The position numbers were made by a program, and so were the translations under genes. From Schmidtea polychroa (lineage: Eukaryota), in the NCBI GenBank assembly GCA_044892525.1, contig CM097886.1, positions 16,616,001-16,680,000 of the forward strand: 64,000 bases of DNA. Direction: 5' to 3'. Within the stretch, counting starts at the first letter, position 1. Each line of letters starts with the position of its first letter. Below the pieces are notes generated by a model, which did not search any database, was not told where the DNA came from, and saw only the letters and a list, made by a program, of their open reading frames with translations. Of this stretch, positions 51,754-62,949 are shown one piece after another.

Positions 51754-52839
51754 TTTGTTTTATTTTAATAGATTTTTGAGGTGCTTTGACGAAGTGAAAA
51801 TGGAGGAGAAAATGAATTACAATTAAATCTTGCATCAATAATGAAAATTATCCATTAACAAATTTCTCTCCTAAATCGCGAGCTGCATTGACGACTTCTA
51901 ATAAGGCTTATAGCCGAATATCATCATTATTAACATGCCTAATAATAACAGCAAAATTATGACTTGCATTTCGAAAATATTTTCAATTTTTACATTTATA
52001 TTTCACTAGAGAGATTTTATTTTATTTAAATATTTTGTTTTAATTCACTGGTTTATTGAAAATATTCAAATTGCAAATTTGTCGTCAAAACTGACAGGAA
52101 AACTTTAATTAAAATGTCTTTTCGCTGTCTTGGAAATTGAATCTGAATTAATGGGTTTAGATTTCCTTNNNNNNNNNNNNNNNNNNNNNNNNNNNNNNNN
52201 NNNNNNNNNNNNNNNNNNNNNNNNNNNNNNNNNNNNNNNNNNNNNNNNNNNNNNNNNNNNNNNNNNNNNNNNNNNNNNNNNNNNNNNNNNNNNNNNNNNN
52301 NNNNNNNNNNNNNNNNNNNNNNNNNNNNNNNNNNNNNNNNNNNNNNNNNNNNNNNNNNNNNNNNNNNNNNNNNNNNNNNNNNNNNNNNCCAAAGCTCTAA
52401 AATCCTGGAGTGGTTTAATAATTATTGTTAACAAATCTGGTTGAATGAAAAATAATGAGAGCGGTTTGATGTGAAAAGATATAAAATTATCATAAAATTT
52501 TTATTGAATTATCTCGATCAGAATTTGAAAATTTTATCAAAATTGGTCCTAATTAGAAAATGCGCTTCAAAAATTAAACACAATTTCGTTTTTTTTTCGT
52601 TAGAAACTTTGTTTAAATTGATGCAATATAATAAATAAATATTTGTTTTTATCACTAACTTTTATTATATTGATTTGTTATGATGATTAACATTTATTTG
52701 AATGAGATCTTGGGGAAATTATTTGTGAAATTTTCAATAATTTTTAAAATATTTTAAATTACACAATAATATTAAAACTACTTATTATTATTTTTTAAGT
52801 ATAAATTTAGTATTCATCATTCTTGTCCTCTTTAGTAAT

Positions 52840-54170
52840 GTTCCAGCAATTTAGCTACCCGATTCTTCTAGGCTTCACTACATTTGGAAATTCGAGTTCA
52901 ACTTGGCGAGGTGATACAAATTGCAGTATTTCATAAGGTCCTTCATATTACATCCTGTTTTCTCTTTCGTAGCTCTAATATACCATTACTTTCTCTCTTA
53001 CATTAGAAATAGTTGAACATCTTTTACTTTGATCTATATTTTTGACTGACTTTAAAATTTCATCTTTTGGTTCTTTAATATATTCTGATAAGTTTCCGAG
53101 TCATAACAGAAATTGTAATGACAGTAATTTGTTTTTTCGCATTGTTTATGAATGCTAAAGCTTTATGATTTGTTCTTGCAATGAACCTTTTCACAAAAAG
53201 ATATTGTCTAAAATGCACAATAAATTCATTATGACTTAATATTTATTTATTGATGTTATTTTTTATCCCATTTTATGTACTGTCAAATGCCCTAACCCAT
53301 ATGCAATCACAACTTCTATCTTGTCATCTTTCATTTGATTTAACACCACGACGATATCTCCAAAACTAGCACCAATGTCAATTATAAACATTGGGAATTA
53401 AAGTACAGGAGCTTCGTATAGACCTTTCTTTTAAATAATACAACTGACTTCAAATTCCTCATTCCAAATGGTTTTTTCAATTTTTTCCCGGAGTTGGATG
53501 TGATAAATATGTGAAAAATCTTTAGTAAAGCGTCATTAATAATCTATAAGCCCCAAAAATGACCCAGACACACATTTGGCTCTATGATCAATTCAATTTC
53601 TTTTTTTCTTATTTCTTTTTGTATGTACACCTTTATTACTGACAGTATGCCCAACATAATTTAATCCACTCCTAAGGGATTAACACTTTTCTATATTAAA
53701 TTTTAATCCTGCCTTTAAAAATAATTCCTTCTAAAATGTGGTGAATCAATCTATGAAATGTGGCAGGATATGTGGATAATATGAATGGTAACCATTTTAA
53801 ACAGAAGTGTCCTTTTTTACTAACTTTTGTTTTATCTGAGTTTTCATCCTATTCATCAAGCCTGTCCAAAATCGATTGATGAAAATATTTTTGATCTTTC
53901 GAGCCAATCTAATAATAATTACATATACATCATTGGAAATGAAGTTTTTTTGTCACTGCATTTAGTCTTCTATAATCTTGACACATACGAATAGAACTCT
54001 TCTTTTTCTATTATGATCAATGGAGTTCTATGAGCTCTGATACTTACTCATAATTTTTGCCTTCAATAAATTTCCAATTAATTGTATTGGTTGCCTATGG
54101 AGGTTCTGAAATATCAGTATCGAGTCTCATTTGAGTGTGTAATTTATTGCCCAATTAGGCTGACTTCCCG
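52840..54170 (-). pseudogene. Heavily degraded gypsy pol remnant
   Basis: Minus-strand fragments RMCQDYRRLNAVTK, IFSSIDF, AGLKFNIEKC and YVGHTVSNKGV. Confidence 0.6.
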
Positions 54171-56873
54171 TTTCTGAGATGGTTATCCAAAATTTATTTT
54201 TTTTACTTAAATTTTATTTTATTGCCCATTTAACTTACTTACCCAAGATTCACAATGACCTACGGGTTTGCTTAAAATAGTCAATTAATTAACTAATTTA
54301 TTTGTTTTTTGGTTCTTGGCTTTTCTAGGGAACTATTTTATTTTATTTTATTTCATTAATTTTATTTCCCACCGGTTACCACTTTTTTTACCGAAAAATA
54401 TTGATTTTTACTTTCAAATTTTATATAACCATTTTAATTGATTTTAAAAAATTGTAATTTTCTATTTTATTTTACATATTTTAATTTAACGCCAGCAATT
54501 TTTAAAAAATATAAATCTCTAAATAAATATAAACAAAAGCACGATATCGTTTCAGTCTATCATCTTTAGGCTCTGAAAGTCCACAATATCGGTTATGCAA
54601 GTTGCAAGAAATTGTTTTCAGCGAAACTGAAGTGATAGCTTCTATCTTCATCATCGTCATTAATTTCCCCTCGCAGAAATTTTATTATAGGTCTGCTGGC
54701 ATGATTTTGCGTAAACAATATCTTAGGCGTATTAACTACCCATTGCGGGTTTTTACAATAAACAGCATAAGAATAAGGTCATCCACAATTCAATTGATTC
54801 ACTGAATAAATCTCAGGATTCAAAGTTTTTAGCAACTATTCTCTACTTTTTTGTCTTGACATATCTGCCTTCGACAATAAGTTATCTTTTAACCGATCAT
54901 TGTGAATACAATCGAACAATATGTTTCTTTGAAATTTAACAATTAAGAATTTCATCTAACAGCTCTTTTACTCTAAAGTAGAAACGATTGGGGGTTGCTG
55001 CAGAAATTAGTTTTTGCTCAAACGGTTACGTACCTGCTGCAGAGTGCTACACTTATTTTTTCTGGGATTTTCAATACAAAAAAGGTCCTATAGAAAAAAA
55101 GCCAGGATTTTTCTGACTATAGGGGGGGGGTCTCCATTGATCCTAAGAATTTCAAAATAAATTTCATTTCTCGCTAAAAAAGCATGAAATTTTCTAAGTA
55201 TAATTTAGGTGGGCCTCCTTGGTCCTGGGGTTTTTACATGAGGTAATTCAAGGATTTTATCAACTATAGATTTCTGTAACGTCAATATACCGATAAATGA
55301 GCTTCTTGTACTTTATTAAAGATACCCAGTTTTTTTAATCTTTCTATAGAATCTTAAGATCTCCCATCAGCTATAAATCACAAATTACAATAAGGCCTAA
55401 ATCACAGCCATTTTTCTGCTTCAAAGTTAGATTATCGAACGTTAAAATTTAAAATTAATTATTTTCGCTGCTTTTTTGTAATTGAATTGTTAGATTCGCT
55501 TTTACCATGGTCAAAATATTTAATTTTATAATTTTATGCCTAATTAAATTTTGTCTATCCTCGTCTTCCTTTCTCTGATGGATTGATACAATCCCAAGTA
55601 ACGTCCAATAATGTTACTCGTTACAGGCATTTTACACAGTTGAGGTATTTCTAACGCCTAGTGATTTTATTTTTTAAATTATGTTTCCATATATCTGAAT
55701 TGTCATCGACAACTTGTTTCGCTAACTTAAATAACATTATAAATCCTAAATTACATATTACAAACAACGATAAATATTAACAAATCATTTAATACCCTAC
55801 TTGGTCAATCCTGAGTTGGATTGACGCGTCTGTGATCATTTTGTTTCTGAATTTGGATTTCTTTTATGTACGCGCACAGATGCGAATAAGGAATGATGAA
55901 TCTTTGAGTATATTGAATTTTAATTGTCGATTCTTTGAGTTGTCGGAATTTGCTTTTGAATTTTCTGGTTATTATCGATTTTTGGATGTGATTGTTCGAA
56001 GTTTGGTTTAAAAAGGTGAATTTTTTGATTTGCATTTTTTGTAAATAAAGTTTTTCGAGATTCTATTGTGTTTTTACAAAAATTAAAAAGCGACTTGCAA
56101 CTTATAAAAAAAATGATGACTAAACGAAATTTGGATTATGAAGATTTTAACGATTGGAAAAGATCAAAGATTATTGAACATTATGATGTTTCTTGTAAGA
56201 ATGGATCTAATGGAGCTGAACTTTATGATGCATTACCTAAAAACATAATCGAAGTTCTAACTCACGATGGGAATGATAGAGTGGAGTTTGTGATGACAAT
56301 TAAACACTATTATATATTTGAAAATGACTAATTGACTATTATATTTAAAAGTATAGATAAACTAAAGGTTATTTCGTGAATATTATTATATTTTAGATGT
56401 ATATTACAAAATATATATGTAAGAATTGGAGAATATGTATTATAAAAAATATAAATATTAATGTTACATTTATGTCCTGTTCTGTATATTAGAAATAAAT
56501 GAGTGCGCGACCTTTTTATAATTTTTAAATTAAAAACCTCAAAAATGAATGATTCATACAAATGTTCATCTACTGAAAGCACAGGAAAAATGTTTTGAAA
56601 AAAAAGGGCCCAAAATCATAACTCTAGTATCCATTGACTGCATGTTCTGTGATATGACGGTGAGAAGGAATATCAACACCAGCTTTACGATATTTATCGT
56701 TCGTAATGTCCATTCAATATATTGGTGAAGCATTTCTTTGATCCCAAAATTGTTCAAACTGCAGAGTTTTGAGCACATTTTTATTGATTAAAAGATGTAA
56801 ATGTTTGAAAGAAAGAAGATATATTAGAATATTAAAACAATGTATTTTAATTTAATTAATTTAATAATGTATT

Positions 56874-57167
56874 AGTAGTGAGAATACACCCCCACTCACC
56901 CCCGACCACCCTACAAAAAGCACCTTATTTGCCCCATTAACACACAAAAAACAGCCATAAAAGCATAAAAAACGCTATTTTGGAAAAAAAAGAAAATCTA
57001 AAAAAGAACGAATATTGGGCTAAAAAAAAGGAAAAAAATTAAAAAAAAAGGATTATAAAGCAATAAATAAAAAATAAAATTATAAAGATGTTATAAGTGG
57101 AAGATGTCTTCATAATATTTAAAAAGTAAAAAAGGTCGGGGGTGAGTGGGGGTGTATTCTCACTACT
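56874..57167. repeat. 294-bp unit bounded by a perfect 34-bp inverted repeat with Polinton-like termini
   Basis: agtagtgagaatacacccccactcacccccgacc (56874-56907) and its exact reverse complement (57134-57167). Confidence 0.9.
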
Positions 57168-57247
57168 CTATGGCAGTATAATAATAAAAATAAAGCCGAA
57201 ATAATCGAAAATCGAAAATCGAAAATCGAATTTTTCACTATAAAAAA

Positions 57248-58534
57248 ATGAATTTTAAAATTCAAGAAAGAAATAAATTGAATCTTGATTACAATAAGGA
57301 ATTCACCCATGAGATTAAAAAGAATGATGTTTTAAAAATCTCTCCAACTTCAGGCTCAATAGCAAATTTAAATCGATCAGGAGACATAGTTTTTCAAAGC
57401 CTTCAAACTTCAAACCCTATAGATATTTGTAATGCAAAATTATATTACAAGATTGAACTAGAAATTGATGCCGATAAAAATATAACCCTTGAAAATAATT
57501 TCTTTCCAAACTTATTCAGCAACATGAGATTAAAACTAGGATCATCAGAAATTGAAAGCATATTATATCCGGGAGTATATTCTACAATGTTAAATTTTAT
57601 TTTAACAAGCTCTGATTATAAAAATGAATATGGAGAATTAACCGCATGGATTCCTGATACAAACAAAGGGGATGTAGACAAAGACGGCATGGATGCAAAC
57701 AATGGCTATTATAAAAGAGTTAAACTTTACAAGCTGAAAAAGTTCGAAGGTTATTTTGAATTAAAACATTTATTTGGATTCCTTCAAAACTATAATCGAG
57801 TACTTCATAATGTTTTTATAGAATTCATCTGTAATAGGGTAGAGGATGATAAAAGATTATTCTTTGGGGATAGGGATACAACGGCTAAATTAAAACTATC
57901 AACGCTTGAACTCCATATACCTGAATGGACCTTAAACCCACATTCTGAAATCCGACTGCTTGAAAGATTAAATTCCAACAGAAGTATAAACGTAAATTAT
58001 TTAAATAGAATCTGTAGTGAATTCAGCATGACCGAGGGATCAACATACTCTATAAAGGTTGCAAATCTTGCATACCGCCCAAGATATATCTTAATCGGCT
58101 TCAAAGAAATAGATTCATCATTTCAAAAAAACAACAATCTATTTATTCAAAAGATTGCTGCCGATAATTTAAAAACAATTCAAATCCAACTGAATAATTC
58201 TTATTACCCTATAAATCGAATGGAGTTTAATATTGAAAATAATGAAAACATATTCCCATACTTGAATTATATTGAAACATGTAAAGAATTCAAGGTGGAG
58301 CCACAATTAAACCTAGATGATTTTAAAAATCTATATTCCATATTTTGCATAAATGTATCAGACCAGGATGATCGCCTAGCCATAAACAATGTGGACGTCA
58401 CTCTACACATAACAAAGGATTCCAACTTTAAATCCAAGGTTTATACATTAATATTAGAAGAAAAGAAAATAGAAATGAAGTTGTATGCCGGAAAGATTTC
58501 AATCATAGAAAATGTCAGAGGAGAAGGCTCATAG
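57248..58534 (+). CDS. Double jelly-roll major capsid protein (Polinton PY / hexon-like)
   Basis: 428 aa. NLNRSGDIVF, TLENNFFPNLFSNMRLKLGSSEIESILYPG, KHLFGF, KLSTLELHIPE, RPRYILIGF and IQLNNSYYP resemble Polinton MCP motifs; context supports the call. Confidence 0.82.
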   Translation: MNFKIQERNKLNLDYNKEFTHEIKKNDVLKISPTSGSIANLNRSGDIVFQSLQTSNPIDICNAKLYYKIELEIDADKNITLENNFFPNLFSNMRLKLGSSEIESILYPGVYSTMLNFILTSSDYKNEYGELTAWIPDTNKGDVDKDGMDANNGYYKRVKLYKLKKFEGYFELKHLFGFLQNYNRVLHNVFIEFICNRVEDDKRLFFGDRDTTAKLKLSTLELHIPEWTLNPHSEIRLLERLNSNRSINVNYLNRICSEFSMTEGSTYSIKVANLAYRPRYILIGFKEIDSSFQKNNNLFIQKIAADNLKTIQIQLNNSYYPINRMEFNIENNENIFPYLNYIETCKEFKVEPQLNLDDFKNLYSIFCINVSDQDDRLAINNVDVTLHITKDSNFKSKVYTLILEEKKIEMKLYAGKISIIENVRGEGS

Positions 58535-58580
58535 TATAATATCCATAGTATAATATCCATAGTATAATATCCATACTAAA

Positions 58581-59450
58581 ATGGAATCCTGGTATTGCGA
58601 AAGCTGTAGATCTCAAGTTAGAAAAAAACACAAAGCCCGCCATCTTAAAACTAAAAAGCATATGGAACAGCCTTCGGAACACCCTTCGGAAGGAGGCGAT
58701 CTTCAAAGTTCAAGGTCTACACTTAGAATCCTCAAACCTTTTACAACTGAAAAGTATCCGGGTGAAAGACATTTATTCCGCCATAACTATACTGGCCCAG
58801 GAACTCGATTGGATATTCGCCTTGATGAAAATAATAATCCTAAGCCCGGAGAAGAACCAATAAACAGAGTTGATGCCTCTGCACTTTCTCATGACATAGC
58901 CTATAACTCTGAAAACCTTAGAGATCGACATCTTGCGGATATAAATCTGATCCACGATTTAAATGCCATAGAAAATCCAAGCACGGGAGAAAAGATCCAA
59001 AGAGCCCTAGTTAAATTAGCCATGAAGGCCAAGATCTTTGTTGGCGGAGAAGTAGAAGCACCTCGTTCTGCTCTTCTAGGCCTTATTCATATGCCTTGTA
59101 AATCTATAGAAGGAAATAAAATAATTCTAGTGCTTATTGATCTGGAGTCCCGAGATGTATTTCTTAAGGCTATAAAAAATAAAGACTCTACACAGCTGCT
59201 CGAAGGTCTTGAGGGCCTATTCGAATCAAATCAAATAATCCCAAGTTATCTGCACACAGATGAAAACATAGAATTCCCGGATCTTGTAATAAAACCTATA
59301 GGTTGTGTAGACAGGAAAATTATTAAGGAAGAAATAAAAAAAATAAAAAATATTTTTTGGAATCACTTTAGTTCTAAAAGAAATCAAATATGGTCCTCAT
59401 CGTTTATATCAGAGCCTATACCAGAGTCTACATCACTCTCTATAACATAG
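58581..59450 (+). CDS. Zn-finger + parvovirus-type phospholipase A2 + degenerate rve-integrase-like domain fusion
   Basis: WYCESC...RHLKTKKH (C2H2-like); HNYTGPG and DASALSHDIAY (PLA2); C-terminal GNKIILVLIDLESR..LKAIKNK...IPSYLHTDENIEF...IKNIFWNHF (INT-like). Confidence 0.75.
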   Translation: MESWYCESCRSQVRKKHKARHLKTKKHMEQPSEHPSEGGDLQSSRSTLRILKPFTTEKYPGERHLFRHNYTGPGTRLDIRLDENNNPKPGEEPINRVDASALSHDIAYNSENLRDRHLADINLIHDLNAIENPSTGEKIQRALVKLAMKAKIFVGGEVEAPRSALLGLIHMPCKSIEGNKIILVLIDLESRDVFLKAIKNKDSTQLLEGLEGLFESNQIIPSYLHTDENIEFPDLVIKPIGCVDRKIIKEEIKKIKNIFWNHFSSKRNQIWSSSFISEPIPESTSLSIT

Positions 59451-59556
59451 TCCCCTTGGACATAGTCCCCTTGAACAGAAGCAGAGTCTATAATAAAGTG
59501 TGCATACAAACTAGAGCCATCAAAAATTTCAGTTCTCATTTTTATGGATTATAATT

Positions 59557-60360
59557 TTACTGCACTAGGTTTGTGTACACAGCCGAATTATCCCGATCTA
59601 GAAATATATAGCTATGTTTTTTATTCCAATGATGATCCATGTCCATGTCAAACCTAACCTTATCAGGCATCACTGTTGAAAATAAGTCTGTGTAAATCAA
59701 TGCCCTATCTCTTTTATCCAATTTAAAAAAGATAAAGCAATTAGCATTATTCCTTATGGAGTGCTTATCCAAAGCATAATAGGTTTGTGAAATATAAATC
59801 GTATTGCAATTACTATGGCGACCTCTTAAAAAATATGTCTTTTGAATATTTTGATTTTTCATATTGACAACATCATCAAATACAACCAGATGCTTCTTAT
59901 TCTTGGGAAGATCGTCACAGTACATAATATCCTCAGGTCTATTTGAAAATAAAACATCAATCTTTCCCTCTGAAGAATCTTCACAGAGGCCCTTCCTTGT
60001 TCCACGCTCCTCTGCTTCTGCAATCCACCAATCAATAATATCCTGAGGGCTTTGAACTTCTGCAGGCACTTGGTCTTGATTTTTAAAAATATCAATCAGT
60101 GTTTTTTTACTTAGATTATTCTCAAAGCCATATTTTAAAAGCTGAAGTTCCGGCTGCCCTATGGTCGTGGAATAAATGATTAAGTTATTATAGTCCAGGA
60201 ATCCTTGCTCAAGCAGCATTTTTAAAAGAAGAACGTTCTTTCCACAGCCCGAAGGTCCTATAATCAACAATCTAAAGCTACTGGGGAATATTTTATGATT
60301 AAAAATAACCTTATTCCGAGTTAAGATGGGTTCCCAGGATTTAGAATTTTCTCTATTCAT
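59557..60360 (-). CDS. A32/FtsK-HerA-type genome packaging ATPase
   Basis: RLLIIGPSGCGK (Walker A), LVVFDD (Walker B), RGRHSNCNTIYISQ (Arg finger/sensor) and IRNNAN. Confidence 0.9.
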   Translation of the reverse strand: MNRENSKSWEPILTRNKVIFNHKIFPSSFRLLIIGPSGCGKNVLLLKMLLEQGFLDYNNLIIYSTTIGQPELQLLKYGFENNLSKKTLIDIFKNQDQVPAEVQSPQDIIDWWIAEAEERGTRKGLCEDSSEGKIDVLFSNRPEDIMYCDDLPKNKKHLVVFDDVVNMKNQNIQKTYFLRGRHSNCNTIYISQTYYALDKHSIRNNANCFIFFKLDKRDRALIYTDLFSTVMPDKVRFDMDMDHHWNKKHSYIFLDRDNSAVYTNLVQ

Positions 60361-60375
60361 TTTTTAATCTTAAAA

Positions 60376-60906
60376 ATGGTCGACACTGAGGAATATTTAG
60401 AAGAATTAATAAAATCGAATAAAAGCAAATCTGTGGTCATCGATGGCAAGAAGTATTTTATTGGAAAGCAAGTAAGGCAAAGAGTAGAAGAAGAAAAGAG
60501 GAAAGGAGGCTTTCTACCCCTGGCAGCCTTAATACCTGCAATCATCGCGGGCCTAACCACAGTCTCCGGGGCAGCCGCAGGAGTTGCAAAGACCGTGAGC
60601 AATGCAAGAGAGGCAAGAAACAAAGACCTTGAAAAACAAAAACTAGAACTTGAGATTGCAAACCTAAAGAAGAGCGATAGTGGGACGGCAGTAGGCAAAG
60701 AGGGCACTGCTCAGGGCACTGCGTTATACCTCGATCCCTATAAAGGCCGAGGGCTAAATGATTTTTTAAAAAATCAAATTTTACAGTCCGTGGAGCTATC
60801 TTCAAAGGATAAAGAGCGTCTAAGAAGAATGTCTAAAAATTTAAAGAACGGATGTCTTTGTGAAATAACAGGTGAAGGTTTATATTTAAAACCTTGGAAT
60901 TTATAA
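60376..60906 (+). CDS. Adenovirus pX-like internal/core protein
   Basis: KGGFLPLAALIPAIIAGL..SGAAAGVA resembles the adenovirus pX hydrophobic segment; LYLDPYKGRGL and GEGLYLKP are Gly-rich motifs. Confidence 0.55.
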   Translation: MVDTEEYLEELIKSNKSKSVVIDGKKYFIGKQVRQRVEEEKRKGGFLPLAALIPAIIAGLTTVSGAAAGVAKTVSNAREARNKDLEKQKLELEIANLKKSDSGTAVGKEGTAQGTALYLDPYKGRGLNDFLKNQILQSVELSSKDKERLRRMSKNLKNGCLCEITGEGLYLKPWNL

Positions 60907-60913
60907 TATAAAA

Positions 60914-61828
60914 ATGGTACTCGAAGAAAGATTAGAGCTTTTAAAAAAATTACATAGTGAACAGGATAAATATAATAAAAAAACCATAAATCTAAACACC
61001 GAGTCCTTGGTCTTGCATGATGAGTTAAGCAAGCAACAAGAACCGACTATTAAAGCCATAGAAAAAATGCATGCCAAGTATTATGATGAAGAGGATCCTA
61101 GCCTCGGGGATAACACCCTCGGACTTGAAGGTCTAGAGCCTTTTATATTTAATCCTGAAATTAATAAAAGAGGCTTAAGTGTTACAACAACTCCAACATT
61201 TAGACATAATCCAAATAATGGATTTCAAATACTAACACTTAATAATCATAACTTTATACTATACGCCCAGAATGCTATGGCATATCTCAGATCTCAGAAT
61301 GTTTATAGCCATCAATATATAACCTTTGAATTTACATATAATTTTTCAGAATTACTTTGTGGGCGCATACCAGTGGAGACTACACTTGATGAATGCGAGA
61401 GTTATATGAGGTTAATAGAGGTCGTACAAGCATCCCACATTGCCCCACATATTACGAATCTAAGAAAATTTATAAACCTTAAATTTTATGAGAACAGAAG
61501 TCTAATAGAAAATTTAAGCGATAAAGAATTAACCGATAGATATACCCAGAAGGTTTTGGAGAACCTCTCAACCTCTGCTATTGAGGCAGTTCGTTCTGGA
61601 ACGAAGCCCGAAGAAGAAGAAGAAGAAGAAACTACCCCTGAAACACACAGTGAGTTCTTCGGTGAAGGCATAAGGAATAGTATAAATTTTTTTATTGAGT
61701 TAAGAAAACTTTTATCTGCAAGGAAAGCAGGACATAATAATTTAGATTCTGATATTTTAAAGATCTCAAAGGAATTATTATCCAGAGCTTTGCTTTCAAA
61801 GCAAAAGTATAAGAAGTACAAGAATTAA
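60914..61828 (+). CDS. Conserved Polinton-type hypothetical protein
   Basis: 304-aa open ORF. LSKQQEPTIKAI at the N-terminus and GEG...LRKLLSARKAGHNN...ISKELL at the C-terminus recall a recurrent Polinton ORF. Confidence 0.55.
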   Translation: MVLEERLELLKKLHSEQDKYNKKTINLNTESLVLHDELSKQQEPTIKAIEKMHAKYYDEEDPSLGDNTLGLEGLEPFIFNPEINKRGLSVTTTPTFRHNPNNGFQILTLNNHNFILYAQNAMAYLRSQNVYSHQYITFEFTYNFSELLCGRIPVETTLDECESYMRLIEVVQASHIAPHITNLRKFINLKFYENRSLIENLSDKELTDRYTQKVLENLSTSAIEAVRSGTKPEEEEEEETTPETHSEFFGEGIRNSINFFIELRKLLSARKAGHNNLDSDILKISKELLSRALLSKQKYKKYKN

Positions 61829-61839
61829 CACTATAATAA

Positions 61840-62259
61840 ATGAATCCCAGTATCCTAGATTTCTTGAAAACCTTTGGAATAAAATCAAAAACAAACTTTG
61901 ACCTAAAGGATCATGCAAGGCTGTTAAATCTAGATCTTAAAATACTAATGAATGATGAGCTTGAGGGAACTAAAAAATCAAACATAATAATAAACTATCA
62001 AAACTCGGATAAAAAAGGCTCACACTGGGTCTGCCTTAGGGATAGAAGATTTTATTTTGATTCATATGGCATTAAGCCCACAAAGGAAGTCGAGCAGTAT
62101 ATGCTTCCAGATTATATTTTTAATTCTCTACAGCTCCAACCTTGGAACACTGAAATATGTGGAGTTCTATGCCTATATGTTCTCTACTGCTTGAATCAAG
62201 GCCATGGGTTTAAATCCGTGATAGATGAAATCCATAGGGGTTTAAAATCTATGTTATAA
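61840..62259 (+). CDS. Adenain/Ulp1-like cysteine maturation protease
   Basis: GSHWVC (His), YFDSYG (Asp) and QLQ...ICGVLC (Gln, Cys). Confidence 0.88.
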   Translation: MNPSILDFLKTFGIKSKTNFDLKDHARLLNLDLKILMNDELEGTKKSNIIINYQNSDKKGSHWVCLRDRRFYFDSYGIKPTKEVEQYMLPDYIFNSLQLQPWNTEICGVLCLYVLYCLNQGHGFKSVIDEIHRGLKSML

Positions 62260-62262
62260 GAA

Positions 62263-62949
62263 ATGGCGGATAAATATTCTAGAACTTTATTAATAAATTC
62301 AAATGAATCAGATTTTAGTATAAACTTTGAAGACAGCATTATTTTAGAACAGGATTTAAGTTATGAACTAGGACTCCTGTGGTTTTCATGCTTTAATACC
62401 ATTTTTAATATAAGCAATAAGAATAATAAATTTAAGATCGCGGGAGTTCCTTGTTCCATAGAGCCAGGAGCCTATGAACTAATTGATTTAGGAAAAGCAA
62501 TTTTAAAGCAAACAAATAATAATCTTGAAATAAAAGCAGATCTTCAAACTTCAAAATGTATTCTAACTTTAAAAAAGAATATTAAACTTGAATTCTCAGA
62601 GTCTAGTTTCTTTCATAGTATTTTTGGCTTCGAAGTCAAAGAATATATAGGAGAAAGCTTTAGATCTAAAAATATTATTCAAATTACAAATACAAATTCC
62701 ATAAACATTGAATGTGACTGCATTATGGGTTCTTACAATAATGGCAAGCATTCCAAGATCCTATATTCCTTTCCTTCTAACACCGTTAGGGTTGGATATA
62801 AAATAATCGAAAGAATGAATCCTCCAAACTATTTACCCATATGCAGGAAGAACCTGATGAGCATTCATTTTAGAATTGTGGATGAAGATGGAAATCTAAT
62901 AAACTTTAATGGTGAAAAGATTACAATGTATTTACACCTGAAGCATTAG
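62263..62949 (+). CDS. Minor capsid (penton-like, single jelly-roll) protein
   Basis: IEPGAYEL, INIECDCIMGSYNNG..SKILYSF, GYKIIE and IHFRIVDEDGNLINFNGEKI..LHL match the Polinton mCP pattern; follows the protease gene. Confidence 0.8.
   Translation: MADKYSRTLLINSNESDFSINFEDSIILEQDLSYELGLLWFSCFNTIFNISNKNNKFKIAGVPCSIEPGAYELIDLGKAILKQTNNNLEIKADLQTSKCILTLKKNIKLEFSESSFFHSIFGFEVKEYIGESFRSKNIIQITNTNSINIECDCIMGSYNNGKHSKILYSFPSNTVRVGYKIIERMNPPNYLPICRKNLMSIHFRIVDEDGNLINFNGEKITMYLHLKH

Noticed and set aside
38350-52444. ORFs containing X runs (38350, 38416, 42575, 42684, 46481-46520, 52105, 52130)
   Set aside because: Open only because they span assembly gaps.
56068-56331. 87-aa ORF as part of the Polinton
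   Set aside because: Lies outside the AGTAGT terminus and has no recognised motif.
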